Assembly (NCBI GenBank): GCA_964016885.1
Contig: OZ024741.1
Span: 291,028,001 to 291,092,000, forward strand
DNA: 64,000 nucleotides
Source of the DNA: Eledone cirrhosa
Taxonomy: Eukaryota
Reading direction: 5' to 3'
Shown here piece by piece: positions 27,041 through 40,740 of the stretch. The notes under the pieces are model-generated. The model saw only the letters and a list, made by a program, of their open reading frames with translations, had not been told where the DNA came from and searched no databases. Position 1 is the stretch's first letter; each line of letters begins with the position of its first letter. The position numbers and the translations under genes are program-made.

Positions 27041-27392
27041 CCAAACCAGCCCCTTCTCAATTTCAGATTGATAACATGAGTAACAGAATCATTAAGGTTG
27101 TGGATATTTTCGACTTTTAGGTGGGGCCACAAAATGGCCAGTCTACTGATTGAATGCACGAAAAGAAAATATATATGTTTCAGTGAGGCTATGTGCGTGT
27201 GTGTGAGTATGACTACGAGTGTACCTGTGTATATGTGTTTAGATAACGCCGAAGAAACTTCGAAGATAGAATTCTCAAATCATAACAAATGTTATATCGA
27301 ATCTGCATTAAACATACCAGCCCTTAATTCAGTGCATTTTTAGGGTCTTCATCACACAAAACTATAAAATGTGTGAGGGGTTGCATATTATA

Positions 27393-27430
<38 letters not shown>

Positions 27431-27433
<3 letters not shown>

Positions 27434-27917
27434 GATAACAAAATATCGTTATAGGTAATCCAGTTAGAAGTTGTGAATACTTCTTATTATGGATAGATTT
27501 AGCGTACGGCGTTGTTTGACTCAACAAGAGGTTTACGTAGATGACGAGTTTATGATTTCACTTGTTTTCCTATGTAAGTTTATCTTGGAGTAATAACATT
27601 GAAAAAGTGGAGAATAACATGGTCAACAGTACAAAAAGGGGGATTTATTTACAGTCTAACAACTGTTTCTCTGATAAAGCTGTCTAAAAATTGCTGAACA
27701 CTAGAAGCAGTGCCACTCTATTTCAAATACAATGCCAGCTCGATCAGATCTTAAGTTTCTGAAGATCTGATCGAGCTAGCATTGTATCTGAAATTGAGTG
27801 GCACTGCTTCTAGTGTTCAGCAATTTTTAGACAGCTTTATCATAGAAACAGTTGTTAGACTGTAAATAAATCCCCCTTTTTGTACTGTTGACCATGTTAT
27901 TCTCCACTTTTTCAATT
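27431..27917. mobile_element. (TA)n-flanked PLE-like insert forming an inverted repeat with 155-bp arms (27598-27752 / 27762-27916)
   Basis: Arms differ at 4 positions by my count; HHR in the right arm; (TA)n at both ends. Confidence 0.8.
27754..27861 (+). ncRNA. Type I hammerhead ribozyme motif with greatly elongated stem II
   Basis: Stem I AGTTT/AGACT, CTGAAGA (27759-65), stem II TCTGAT...ATCA(G/T)A with internal helices, GAAA (27845-48), stem III ACA-GT-TGT, predicted cut after GUU at 27856. Confidence 0.72.
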
Positions 27918-27961
27918 ATATATATATATATGTATATATAAACATATGTGTGTGTGTATGA

Positions 27962-28022
<61 letters not shown>

Positions 28023-28419
28023 TTGAGAGAGAGAGGAAGGGAGAGAAAGAGCGCGCGCGAGAGAGGGAGAGAGAGGGATAGAGAGAGAGAGCGCGCGAGA
28101 GAGAGGGAGAGAGCTGGGGAATTTGCTAAACAATAATATTCTCTCTATAGGTTTGAAGTAATAAATTTTACAGCAACGTTTTCCCACACTTTTTTTAGAT
28201 GATCTACATGAAAATTAGCATTAGTGGGAACAAAAAATAACTAGCCATTTCTGTGACTGACCAAACATCATTTGATTTTTATATATGTCATTCTTTATTC
28301 CCATTCTCTATTGCTTTCTTTGTCTATTTATTCATATATTTACTTTGTCCTCTTAAAATCTATAATTAAGGAGTTTTATCATTATTGTTACCAGTTATTA
28401 CTCTGACGGACTACTGTAG

Positions 28420-28690
28420 TGGGTTAGCTGAATCGTTTCTGTCGGAGAAGATGCCTTGCGGTATTTGTTTCGGTCTGAGTACTGAGTTTTAATCAGGCCT
28501 AGTGTAACATTGCCTTATATATTACCTGGTTGGATAAAATAAAGTATCAGTAATATAATGGAATCGATACAATTGTTGGCTGTCCTTGTGTTTATTGTAG
28601 AAACAATTATTACTGGATTGGTAGATCATTACAAAATCAGACAAAATGGTTTTGTTGTGTTTAGTTACAACTGTTAATGTTCCGAGTTGA
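28420..28690 (+). mobile_element. Decayed SINE family A copy plus a second head fragment
   Basis: GGATAAAATAAAGTATCAGTAAT...GTAGAAACAATTATTA. Confidence 0.6.
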
Positions 28691-28779
28691 GAGAGAGAGC
28701 GAGAGAGAGAAAGAGAAAGAGAAAGGGAGGAGTGTGTGTGAAGTTATGATATATAAATAAGTATCTTCGTAGATTAGAT

Positions 28780-28975
28780 TGTATAGCTAGAAAGATAGAT
28801 ATATAGCTAGATAGAAAGATAGCTAGCTAGCTAGAAAGATAGATAGATAGATAGCTAGAAAGATAGATAGCTAGCTAGAAAGATAGATAGATAGCTAGCT
28901 AGAAAGATAGATAGCTAGCTAGAAAGATAGATAGATAGATGATAGATAGATAGAAATATAGAAAGATAGATAAAT
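28780..28975. repeat. (GATA/GCTA/GAAA)n compound tetranucleotide repeat
   Basis: Direct reading. Confidence 0.95.
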
Positions 28976-29384
28976 AGAACAAACAGGAAAACTACGATAA
29001 TAAAAAAAGAAAGTACTAAAAACAAAGCAGCAATGACAGAGGGAAAGAAAGTGACAAAGAAAGAAATTAAGAACCACAGTCAGGAAGAATGAAAGACGTA
29101 AAATGAGGTCATTAGAACACGAGAACAAAAAAGACTAACAGAAAACACTCAAATAAACATAAAGGAAAAATCAAAAGAAAGACTGAAAGAATAAAAGATA
29201 AGAAAAAGAAAGAGCTAGGGAGAATGTAAAATATAGCGAAAGGAAAAGAGTGGTGGGAGTAGGAGAAAGCGATGACAAAAGAATCTAAATAAAACAATGA
29301 GAATGAGAACCGGAAAAATATATAATTCTGGAATCAAAATGCCACAAACGAATAGGAAATAAAAGTATGAATACTAATGTAATA

Positions 29385-29720
29385 ATAATTGTTTTTCCAC
29401 GGGGCCAGAACTATCACGAAACAGAGAGAGTCGATTGTATCGACTGTAGTACTTGACTTGTATTTATTTTATAGAAAATCTTAGGGTGAAAGGCGAGATT
29501 TGAACCCAGGAAGTAAAGTGCTGCAACGAAATAGTACAGAGCATTTTGTCCGATCTTCTAAGAATCTGTTAATCTTCCGACCTTATTAATTTTAGATATG
29601 GTTACAAGACCAGAGATCGTCTGCGTAATGGGGAGATGTGGATGAAACCCCAGTACATGACTGGTACTTAAATGTATCGACCTCAAAAGGATGAAAGGCA
29701 AATTTGACCGCGACAACACA
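29385..29720 (-). mobile_element. Two decayed SINE family A-like copies
   Basis: CCCAGTACATGACTGGTACTT..ATCGACCTCAAAAGGATGAAAGGCAAA. Confidence 0.6.
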
Positions 29721-30426
29721 TTTTTTCAGATGTCAAAGGACTTTGTCAATTCTCAGCTCCTATCGTATCTAATTTAAACACAAACCCCAAAAATTGTGAA
29801 GGAGAATGTTGATTGCATCGACTCAAGTACGTGACTTGTAATTTATTAATTTACAACTATAATAATAGGATTCAATATAATTGGCAAAGGGCCACTTATT
29901 TTAAGGAACCGTTTTGTCAATTAACACCCTACCTGTTCAATTATAGTGCAGTACCTTTCCTTTTACTACATTTACTTATTAATTACCTTGTTTATATAGC
30001 AGGTATATACATACATACGTGCATATGTGGTCCTTTATTAAATCCTCTTCGTTGAATGCTCTCCATTATTGACACGTTTTTCATAGCATTCCTTCACTAT
30101 CCTTTCTATTAGCTTACTATTTAACTTTATGTAAATATGACATATTATGCTTCTGGCTACAAGCTTAACAGATTCAGTGCTTCTTCAGTCAAACGGCTTG
30201 TTTATACATACATACGTACATATACACATAAATACACTTTATATATATATACTTGTACACACGTGTGTGTGTGTGTGATTCTTTGACTGCGTCTGTATTG
30301 ATGTCCTGTAACTGATGTACGACAATAAATGATTGATAGCATATGTACTAAGGTCGATATGATCGATTAAATTAATATAAGACCAAACATGACAGGAGTA
30401 ATTAATGTAATGTAATAGAATATATA

Positions 30427-30504
30427 CAGGGTGTCTAAAAAAATGTATGCACACTTCAACAGCAATCTCATCAAAGCGTGTATACATTTTGGGGGAACAA
30501 CCTG
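30427..30504. mobile_element. Tc1/mariner-type MITE (~78 bp)
   Basis: TA-CAGGGTGTCTAAAAAAATGTATGCAC ... GTGTATACATTTTGGGGGAACAACCTG, imperfect TIRs. Confidence 0.65.
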
Positions 30505-30520
30505 TGAATATATATATATA

Positions 30521-30552
<32 letters not shown>

Positions 30553-30704
30553 CTATTACATTCATGCATTTTAATGCAATTCCTTCTGGACCGTCTAAAA
30601 TGAATTGGTTCTGTTACCTCATATTTCATTTTTATTGTTCTTCTGCACCCTAGGGGAAATTTTTAAACATTTAGCATTTACATTATATATACAATTGTTT
30701 TCCA

Positions 30705-30797
30705 ATTGCTTTCCAGCATAGTTATGTCCCTTTACGATCTGAGTTCAAATCCCGCCGAGGTAATTGCTGGCCTTGTGCCTAAAGTAGAAACAATTAT
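30705..30797 (+). mobile_element. Truncated, internally deleted SINE family A with TSD
   Basis: TTATATATACAATTGT upstream and downstream; central domain deleted between the GAGGT and GGTAA microhomology. Confidence 0.8.
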
Positions 30798-31352
30798 ATA
30801 TACAATTGTATTTTCACAGTAAAGGCTTTACCTCCCATAATCATCTCACAAAATATTGAATCGATGAGATATATATATTATTCAATTTGAGAACAATAGC
30901 TTAACATCAGTATGAGTAGCCAGTTACAGCCAGTTTGAACAGAAAGAGGTGAGAGAATTCTGGCTGGATACGGCCAGTTTAAATGCTAAAGTATTAACGT
31001 TTGCATTCTTGATGAATTAACGAGTGAAATCAATTAATAGAAATTATCGATTATTAGTTGCTTCGTCTTGCCACTGATATTTAGGGAAAATAAAAATAGT
31101 TTTGAATCCTTCCAAGCTTTTGGTTTTCCTTTTTATTACATATTAATGCTGTGAGGCTGATAATCTTTCAAATCTTTCGGATCTTACCTTCTAGATCTTA
31201 GTTTGGATATATGTTATCTGTATGATTAATTATTATAAACACAGCCAGTTTTTCAGCATCATATTTAGTCAAAACTAAATGGTCATCGCCATGTAATAAA
31301 TCTTTGTGTATGTGTGTATATATATATATACGTACACACGCTCGCACATCTA

Positions 31353-31384
<32 letters not shown>

Positions 31385-31418
31385 CACACACAGACAGATA
31401 CACACATTTACGTACATA

Positions 31419-31553
<135 letters not shown>

Positions 31554-33492
31554 AAGAACATGTCGCAAAAATTGCTCAGAGGCAGACTCATGTATTCATA
31601 TAAATATACTCACAAATTCACTAACCAAAATTAGTGTCGAGGGAAAACTGTTGCCTTATAAATACGACTTCTAAATTGCTTTCGAAAGAATGTATATAAT
31701 ACATATATAAATGCATACTTGTGTGTGATTGTATATATATATATATTAATATATATATATATATACGTGCGTGCGCGCGCATATCTACACACACACACAC
31801 ATATTATATATATATATATATATATAGTTGTCAAATGAAATCATATGGTTTCTCTCGACTTCTAAACCAGAATGGTATTTTTGTCTATTTCTTTTCATTT
31901 TTGTTTTCTTTTTTCTTTCGCATATTTCTTTAAGTAAAGAACACAAGCTGGTTAAGTCGTTACAGTACGCATCTATTAAAACTGAAGGGTCGTTGCGTTT
32001 TTTCTTTTGTACTTTTTCTATTTGATATATTTTTCTCTTTGTTACTTTTTTACCATGCCATCGGTGTAGGGTTATTCCAATGTCAAAGATACATAAGGCT
32101 CAATGTATTTGTCCACTTAGTCCTAAATATTAAGATCTAGATTTCTGTCTGTTTCAACGATATGTAATTCAATCTTTCAGTCAACTGAGTTACATACTTA
32201 TTGAACTAGGAAATGAATAGCTGAGTGATTTACAGTCACGTGTACGCTTAATGTAATCCTGATCTAAATGTATACCACAGTTTGTGAGACACAAGAGGGA
32301 CCTTTGAAACAAAAAGGTTTAAATACACCAGCGGAAATCCACGCAATTTCCTTCTATCCAATTCCGCTCAAACAGCTGGGGTCGACCCGAGACTATAATA
32401 CAAACACTTGTTCAAACCACCGGGCAGGGAATCAATCGGGCGGTTCTGTGAAGGCGAAACGAACAACTTAAATCTTCTGCTGTGCTGATGAAGATCTGTC
32501 AACCTGCTTAAAACTGGACCTGACCCATCTAGGTGTTCCCTCACCCACACACAAAGCTATAGTCATAGGCCTCACCAAAATTAAACCCACCTCCACCCAC
32601 ATTATCGCTATTCTCAGCATCACTATCTCCCCCACTCCTGCTCAGCTTCTCCCCCAATACGTTAACTATCCACAATCCACACCTACAGGCCTTACAGCCC
32701 CCTTATTAGCTATTATCAGCACAGCACCTCCCAAACTGCCAGAAGTCACGCCCCCCCCCCCCCCCCCTTCAACATCCTTACCCTGTCAAATTATCCCCAC
32801 ACTTGGCATCCACCCATTACATATACTTCTCTGTCCGTAGAGCAGAGAGGGCTCTTCAGTAGAGTCAATGATGACAACTTCTCTATTGATGCTGTCACGA
32901 TATATGCACCCAGTACACCCTGCTAGATTGTTGACAATAGGAAGGGTAACCCACTGTAGAAACTACTCTAAAAGTGTTAAAGGCGTGACAACTTCATTGC
33001 TGCTGGTGATCTACACAATAAACGCGCACCGTTCAATCGGTAAAGTTATGGGAGACAGGAGGATATCGAGCCTTAGAAAACTTATCAGACAAAATATCGT
33101 GAAATCTTGCCTGCGGTTGATGCTACGATGAAATAGAAGCATACCCGTTATTAGCTGTGAATAGCATGGTTGATATAATTAGAAATAGATAACAATATTG
33201 ATATATCAAACTGATACCAATATTTAATGTACTCTCCAACTTTTTTTTTTCTTTTCAGTCAAACATTGTTCTCGTGTTATCAGAATGTAGTAATAACTAT
33301 TCTAGAATTTGTTAAAATTAACGATGAAAATACGTTCTAAGATTCCAATAAAAAGCATGTTTCATGGTAAATCTGTAAGACATTTTGTAAAATATTTCCT
33401 TCTAACTAATTTGTTTCAAACCTTATTTTCTCTCCGCTCTTCCCTTTCATGTAACAAACGCCAAGGGATCCAAACTAAGTCTAATGCCACTG

Positions 33493-33910
33493 TTTGAAGG
33501 AGTCATGTCATCTGATATCTGTGGATGTTCTCCTCATCCTTTTCCTCCCTTACTTCTTGATAATCACTAAGTATTTGAAGGAGCTAGTATAATATCCCCC
33601 GTTGAGACGACATCTTTGTACATTGTCCTTTCTCGTATTGGCTAATTACTTGAAAGGGTAAGAACAATAAACTCCTGTTTTGACGAAAGACGTCTACAGA
33701 CATTGTCCTTCAGTTTCACACTTATTGATTATTTGAAGGGACGAGAACAATAAACCCTTGTTTCAAGAATGCTCTGTAGATATTGTCCTCATTTCCCAGA
33801 CACACGATTGATTTGAAGGAGAAAAATATTTTCTTGTGTAGAGGGCATCAGTAGAAATTGCCTTTCATTTCCCCACTTACTGTCTGAAGGACTGAGATCA
33901 TTAAAACTCC
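33493..33910. repeat. Degenerate tandem repeat, about 6 units of 71-83 bp
   Basis: TTTGAAGG-like starts at 33493, 33574, 33649, 33732, 33812 and 33883; five are followed by a TCTGTAGAYATTGTCCT-like motif. Confidence 0.75.
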
Positions 33911-35649
33911 ATTGATTGCTGTTTGGTCCCAGGTAAACTGTAATGGTAATAAAGCAAAGAAACAGGGAATTTAATTATGATTTTAATCACCTGGAATTAA
34001 AATCATCCCATATTTTTATGTGTATCTTAAACTATATTATCCAACATATCCTTTGTTTAAAACGGTGGGGTGTCATTTGAGAGAGATTTAGCTGACACTT
34101 TTGCAAATCGGGAGAACATGTGATGTCCACTTATTGTCATGTGACTGTAGAAGTATGTGGATATATATTACCACTCTTCCCTAGATGAAAGAATGAAATA
34201 AGGAAGAAAACAACTATGCAAAAGTATGAAATACATTCTCTCGTTGACAATTGATCTTTCTGGCATAGCAATTGATTCCAAAATCCAATCTTTTTTTTTT
34301 TTTTTGTGATTCCATTAGATAGTATTTTGTAGAGTTTATGTTTTCTTGGAGCTACTGATAGAAATAAAACAGACAGGAAATAGAAATACCAATGTGACAT
34401 TATTTATGACTTATGAGGTAGTATCAGTCCGACAGAAACTGAATGTGTGGGAAGTTTCGGCAAGGTTTTGAAAGATCTAGTTAGAATAGAAAAATAAGTG
34501 TTTGAACTACTGCATATTATTATGTGGTGTGAATTTAGGACAAGGGAAGGGTCAGAGGTATATAGAGAAGGAGAGAAAATGGGGCTGTTCTCATAGCACA
34601 TCAGATACCTCGAGGAACTGAAGTGTATAGAAGAAAACGAGGTTAGGTAAGTTTATGTTGCTTTAATATTTCAGTTGAATGAAATGTTGCATCTAATTAA
34701 GTTGTGAGAATAAATTGAAAGGGAAGAAGAAAAAAGAGGGTTCTAAAGATCCATATTATTCAGCTTTAGAGAAACACATACACAAACACCTATACAACAA
34801 ATATATATACACACACACACATTTTAAGTAGATATATGTGTACATATATACACACGTATAACATCTATATTGTACATATGCCTGTGTGTGTGTGCATATA
34901 TTGTAGAATGTCTCATTCTGAATATAGCGGGTGGGAGAAATTTCAATCAAGTGTGACTATCTTCGCAATTTCACTACCAAAACTCTCCTTGAGGATATTT
35001 AGTTCGTGAGAAGCAAGCAAAGAAACAAATTTCTATAGACTGAACTGGTCCAAATCTTTTGAAACACTTTTAGACAAAGCAGTGGGAGTGGGCCTTGTCT
35101 TTATGCCAAACTGGTGAAAGCAAAAACCATCTTTCTATCTAATTATACCTCCTCAGCGAAGCACATACAATTATAAAGTTGTTTAGACTAGAATACTGTG
35201 AATTTACATATGAAAGATGAAAAGAATTATGTATTGATTATATGTTCCAACAAATGGTAGTAACAAAAATGCAGATGGACCGTGCGCTAGATGAAGGGCA
35301 TACATACACGTAGAGGATGGCATTCTGAATATAGTAAGCGGGGGAAAATTCAAATTAACTGAGACTTCTCAAATTGGTCTAGAATTTTAGCCGTAATGAA
35401 ATACTAACCAATACATTATATCTCCTTTTAAAGGTATAATAGAGAATTACACCTCTTTACATGAGATTCTCAAAACTTAAGAGTTAGGCCAAATACAGAC
35501 GAAATTTGAAGCTCAAAGGATCCTGCCAATCCACCCATAAATATATATAAAGAGAACGAAAGAATAGTTTGTTGTAGGAAAAAGGTATATGCTTAGAATC
35601 AGATAAGAACAAGAACAAACTGTCATGGCGAAAAGGCTAGTAATCATTA

Positions 35650-35935
35650 AACCCCGGCTTCGATTCCACTACATGGCAGCATGGGTAAGTGTAATCTACT
35701 ATAACCACGGCTTGACCATTGCATTGTGAGAGAAACTGGGTAGAGGAAAACTCTTTGGAAGCGCACTGAATGGGCTGTACCTGTATTTCATAGATCCAGC
35801 TTTGTTATCCTGAATTCCCTTGGAAATTATATCGTGGACGCACGTATCTGTGGAATACTAATCAATTTACAAGGGAATTTCCTGAGCAAGTTGTTCTGTT
35901 TATCGAAAACATCATCGAAATGGATGGAAATCCAT
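35650..35935 (+). mobile_element. Decayed tRNA-derived SINE with tail D; related fragments near 16040-16130, 21585-21675, 42290-42370(-)
   Basis: TTCGATTCCACTACATGGCAGCATGGGTAAGTG..CTACTATA..GACCA..TTGTGAG..GGTAGA.GAAAACT. Confidence 0.55.
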
Positions 35936-36684
35936 TGAAAAAAAATACTAGAAATACTTTTGACTTCATTGCAGCACTATATTACACTACACCAACTTGA
36001 AATATCGATCACACACGTTAATTGATACAAGCATTCAAATATATCGGAAGATGAAATTTCCATACATTCCCCTAGTGAATGAATAAAGTCATCTGTAATA
36101 AATTGGGAAATGGCGGTGTTCCAGCATGGCATCAGTCTGTCCACTGGAACACGCAATTGAGTCACAGTATATATTAAATAGGGTGAACAGAAGAATTCTT
36201 AGCAATTATCACTCTAAAATTATGGAGTCTAATGCTTAGGGTGTTGCACTCAGTACTGTCTTTTATTAGTTTTCTCTTTAGCTGCTGCTGTTGGAGGTAA
36301 CATCGGTGTTAGTATCATATATGACAGTAACTGCGATGGATATGGTGATAGTGGTCGTTGTATTGTTGAAGTTGTTGATGGTTGTGATAGTATTAGGCAT
36401 GGTGGTTGTAGCGGTGGTGTTTGTCGTCTTGATGATGATGCTAGAGGCAGTATTGGAGATGATTGTAGTGTTAGGAGTGATGGTGTATGTGGCGGTTGTA
36501 GTTAAGTTATGACAGTGGTTGTAGTGTTAGGGCTGTTAATCGTAGTAGCGGCAGTGATTTAATAGTAGTGGTGATGGTAGGAGAATGCGGAGCTTGGGCG
36601 TTGATCAGAGTGTTCATCAGGATGGGTGAGGTAGGTGGTCACTTAAACATACACGGAGACACACACACACATATATATATACCG

Positions 36685-36772
36685 AGAGAAAGAGAAAAAG
36701 AGAAAGCGATAGAAAGAGAAAGAGAGAAAGCGATAGAAAGAGATAGAGAGAAAGCGAAAGAAAGAAAGCGAT

Positions 36773-36837
<65 letters not shown>
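36685..36837. repeat. GA-rich repeat / (GA)n
   Basis: Direct reading. Confidence 0.95.
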
Positions 36838-36838
<1 letters not shown>

Positions 36839-37312
36839 GGACGCTATGCCAAGATTATAAATGGCAGGAAGAAAGCCTTGACCTGGTTATGCAGTTCTCG
36901 AAAGATATGTGAATGGAGTTTGGCCAGGGTAAATATTCCTATATGATTGTAAATTGAAGTAAAACGACAAGCCCATCTAGCAACATTTCTATCAATGGTC
37001 TAACTATTTCTACGGAATCTAAGAGGACTGCTACAGAATAAGAAAAATATGATCTTCTGGGCTCTCTGCGCAAAAAAAAAAGAAAAATCTGTAACCCACA
37101 ATGTGTTTGCTAACACCAACATTTGGACTACTTGACTGAAAAGTAGATGAGATGCGAGCCGTTGATGTTAAAAGCCGAAAGGTTCTAACCGGCACCGGAA
37201 ATTTCCACATCAACAGTGACATTTATCGCCTCTAACTAAAACGTAAACAGGGAGGCAGAGCCGTAACATCAATCGAAAAAAAAAACATTTGTTTTGGTGA
37301 AACTTTATACAA

Positions 37313-37491
37313 TAATTGTTTCTACTTTAGGCACAAGGCCAGCAATTACCCAGTGCATTACTGGTACTTTATTTTATCGACCCCGTAAGGATGAAAGGCA
37401 AAGTCAACCTCGACGGGATTTGAACTCAGATCATAAAGGGACATAACTATGCTGGAAAGCATGGCGTCCGACCCTCTACCGATACTGCCAA
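37313..37491 (-). mobile_element. SINE family A, full length, with TSD ATACAATAAT
   Basis: Consensus match; 10-bp direct repeat on both flanks. Confidence 0.92.
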
Positions 37492-37747
37492 TACAATAAT
37501 AAAACCAGAAGAAAATACATACATATATATATACATACGCAGATACACGGATCTTGTGTAAATACAAATAGACATACACACAAATATGCACAGCACAAAC
37601 ACACTCACAGGCATGCACAAAGATAAAATCCCTCAACCTGACACCCACAAAATACGACCAGTCCGTTTCTTGTGGTAATATGACTTTGGTCATGACAGGT
37701 TTCATAAAGATGGTGATAGGTTATTTGTAATGATGCTGATTGTAGTG

Positions 37748-38068
37748 ATAATTGTTTCTACATTTGGCACATGGCCAGCAATTACCCAGTGCATTACTGG
37801 TACTTGATTTTATCGACCCCGTAATGATGAAAGGCAAAGTCGGGATTTGAAATCAGAATGGCAAGCGCCGTAACTATGCGTCAAAGCATGGCGTCCGACC
37901 CTCTACCGATACTGCCATAGTGATAATTGTTTCTACTTTTGGCACAAGGCCAGCAATTACCCAATGCATTACTGGTACTTTATTCTATCGACCCCGGAAG
38001 GATGAAAGGCAAAGTTAACCTCGGCGGGATTTTGAACTCAGATCATACAGGGAGGTAACTCTATGCCA
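37748..38068 (-). mobile_element. Two SINE family A copies (37748-37917, 37924-38068) separated and flanked by TAGTGAT
   Basis: Consensus match; three copies of the target motif. Confidence 0.88.
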
Positions 38069-39887
38069 TAGTGATCATGAGAGGAATTTGTTGTCGCTAA
38101 TGTTTATTTAACCCTAGGTCAGTTTGAGTAGATCTTTGATAAAAGAAGTACCGGTTGAGACCATCCTTACTGCGCTAATTTTGGAGGATTTGTTATTCTA
38201 AGACTACATTATCTAATATACTATTAGTTTCTTTTTTGTTTCAAAATGATGATGATCACGATGAGGACAACGATAATAATGTGAAAGACGACGACGACAA
38301 AAAAGATGATCGTGCTAATTGCGATCGCATTTTATAGCACCGGGATTGAAGTCTCTTACAAAAGAGGAATCACTAAGTGATGACCACTGAAGTAGAAAGA
38401 ATGTGACCCAATTTCAAGTCTTTTGTTGTCCTTACACACACATTTTTTTCTATTTTGTTTCTTTGTCTGACTGCGAATCCCCTACGTCACTAAAAATAGT
38501 TGTTTAATTTTTCGTGACAAGAATGAACATCATCACGAATTCCCTTTCAAGCTACAACCTGAAAGACAGATAAACCCCTGCTAATCACGGAAAGGTCAAT
38601 GAACTGTTTGTCATGCTAATACGTGGAACAGATAGACAGATAAATAAACAAATATTTTAAGATTCTGGTGTTTTTGTAATATATCCGACCAAGGAAGGGG
38701 CCATATGAGGTAGAGTGGCTGATACAGTGTGGGCTACTGGTTATTCCCTGCTGTAATGCCTTCGCCATTTTGCTCGGGGATGAAGCTGACGTACACTGCA
38801 GAGTCTACCACACCCTTCATCTTTCTCTTAGTTCACAATTAGTTTTTCTCCTTTTATTTTTATCACAAACATTATATAATCCAATTAAATCATTAAATAC
38901 AATTTGATAATTATATCATTTGTGGATTTAAGTGATACACGTTGTGTTCTGATTTTTGAGGTTTTCTTTTTAACGATACATTCAGCTATTCTATAAATGC
39001 GATACATTTTGAACACCTAATCAAAGCGTTGTAGTTCAATTATATTAGAAAAATACCAGAACTTAAAACATTCTCATTAATATGACTTTTTCGTCAATTG
39101 ACAATACATTTACAACGGAGGGCCATTACAGTGCAATGCAGTAATATAAAAAACAAAACTGAACTAGATAGAGAAAAGAAAACATTAGTTGATGACACTG
39201 CTTTGGTATATAGAATGTTTTCACCAATAGCGAAACAGGAAACTTAATTAATTATAAATTAACACCACAACGAATAGAAGTTAAGAGTTAACCTATTTGA
39301 AATCCGGCGACGATGATGTTTATCAAATAAGACATAATACTAATGAAGCCACATTGCTTAAAGAAAACAACAATAATAGCGCCCATATCATCACTTCATT
39401 CTATAAATGAGAGCCAGGTGGTGTTGAAAAGTTAATGGACTTAGAAAAGCTATTGTACCAAACTAAAACAACAAATAAGGAAATATAACTCATAAAAGAA
39501 AAAGATCAATCTCAAACAGTGTACTCCCTCTCTCTCTGTATATAATTATGTAAATATGTATGTTATGTGATCCTACAGACATGTGTGCACACACGCATTC
39601 ATGCTCTCTCTCTCTCTCACGCACACGTTTCAGAAAGAATATGTCCAGCCATTTATCCGAGGTTGTAACACTTTTACAAACACAAGTAATTCAAAGTGAG
39701 AATTTTAATCATTAATACGCCGAATTGTGGCTGCAAGTTTTTCGACCGGATACAATTCTTTATTTAAAATTATATAAATAAAACGTTTCAATTGCATCGA
39801 AGAATGGTGCCGTATCATTCGGAATAACGACACTGATAAGTATTTTTCTTTAATGGTCTCTGTGAGTGTGTGTATGCATATACACAC

Positions 39888-39953
<66 letters not shown>

Positions 39954-39955
<2 letters not shown>

Positions 39956-40148
39956 CGAAGGAAATGTGGTAAGGAACCAGGTGGACCATAACGCACCAAA
40001 GTACTCAATACTTAGGGTAGTAGAGTGGGTAATAGGAACGGGTAAGACACCGACGGCTGAGCTCAAGCCGTTTCGACGGCTAATTCAGGTCCAGAATTAG
40101 CCGTCAAAACGGCTTGAGCTCAGCCGTCGGGGTCCTACTCGTTCCTAT
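39954..40148 (-). mobile_element. (TA)n-flanked ~195-bp hairpin element, copy 1 (half-hammerhead)
   Basis: Inverted repeat 40032-40148; GAAA-CGGCT-TGAGCTC-AGCCG-TC motif; same boundaries as 56611-56813. Confidence 0.8.
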
Positions 40149-40347
40149 ATATATATATATATATATATGGTTGTTTTCATACGTACATATTTATGTACAC
40201 ACTCATATCTACAGGCACTCAACACACATACACGTTTGTTCACACCATTTGTCTTTATATTACAACAGTATGGAATGTCGTTGACTGTGGCATGGAAGAT
40301 ATTTAAACAAAGTACTTGTGTCATACAAAGAATGTTATTTCTCCCCT

Positions 40348-40406
<59 letters not shown>

Positions 40407-40695
40407 CAAATAACGAAACGAAATTAAATTTTGTTTCGTTTGTAACTCACTTTTGTATGACTGACGCTTAAACAATTAAGTTAAAGATGTACATCCATAT
40501 ATGTATACTGAAATACTAGTATGTATATGAATACACACACGTATACATATGTAGATGTACCAAGTTTTTTCCCTGGTCACTTTACTGTGAGTGGCCAGCT
40601 ATTCTGTATGTAAACACACAGACAAACCGGTTTTTAGAGTCATACTGGTTTTTGAGGAAACACCTTTCCTCTATTCTCCAGAAAGCCAGACAAGG

Positions 40696-40740
40696 AATAT
40701 TGAACTAGTTTCGTTGTTGTTACAACTCATCAGCAATATT
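40696..40740 (-). ncRNA. Minimal type I hammerhead ribozyme (inverted copy)
   Basis: Reverse complement of 41188-41232. Confidence 0.85.

Noticed and set aside
33493-33910. CRISPR-like repeat/spacer pattern or coding repeat
   Set aside because: The repeats are highly degenerate, the spacers are related to each other, and no reading frame is kept.
38350-38405. KEESLSDDH*SRK resembling the mariner ESLEDDPRSGRP motif
   Set aside because: Too short and unsupported by flanking motifs or TIRs.
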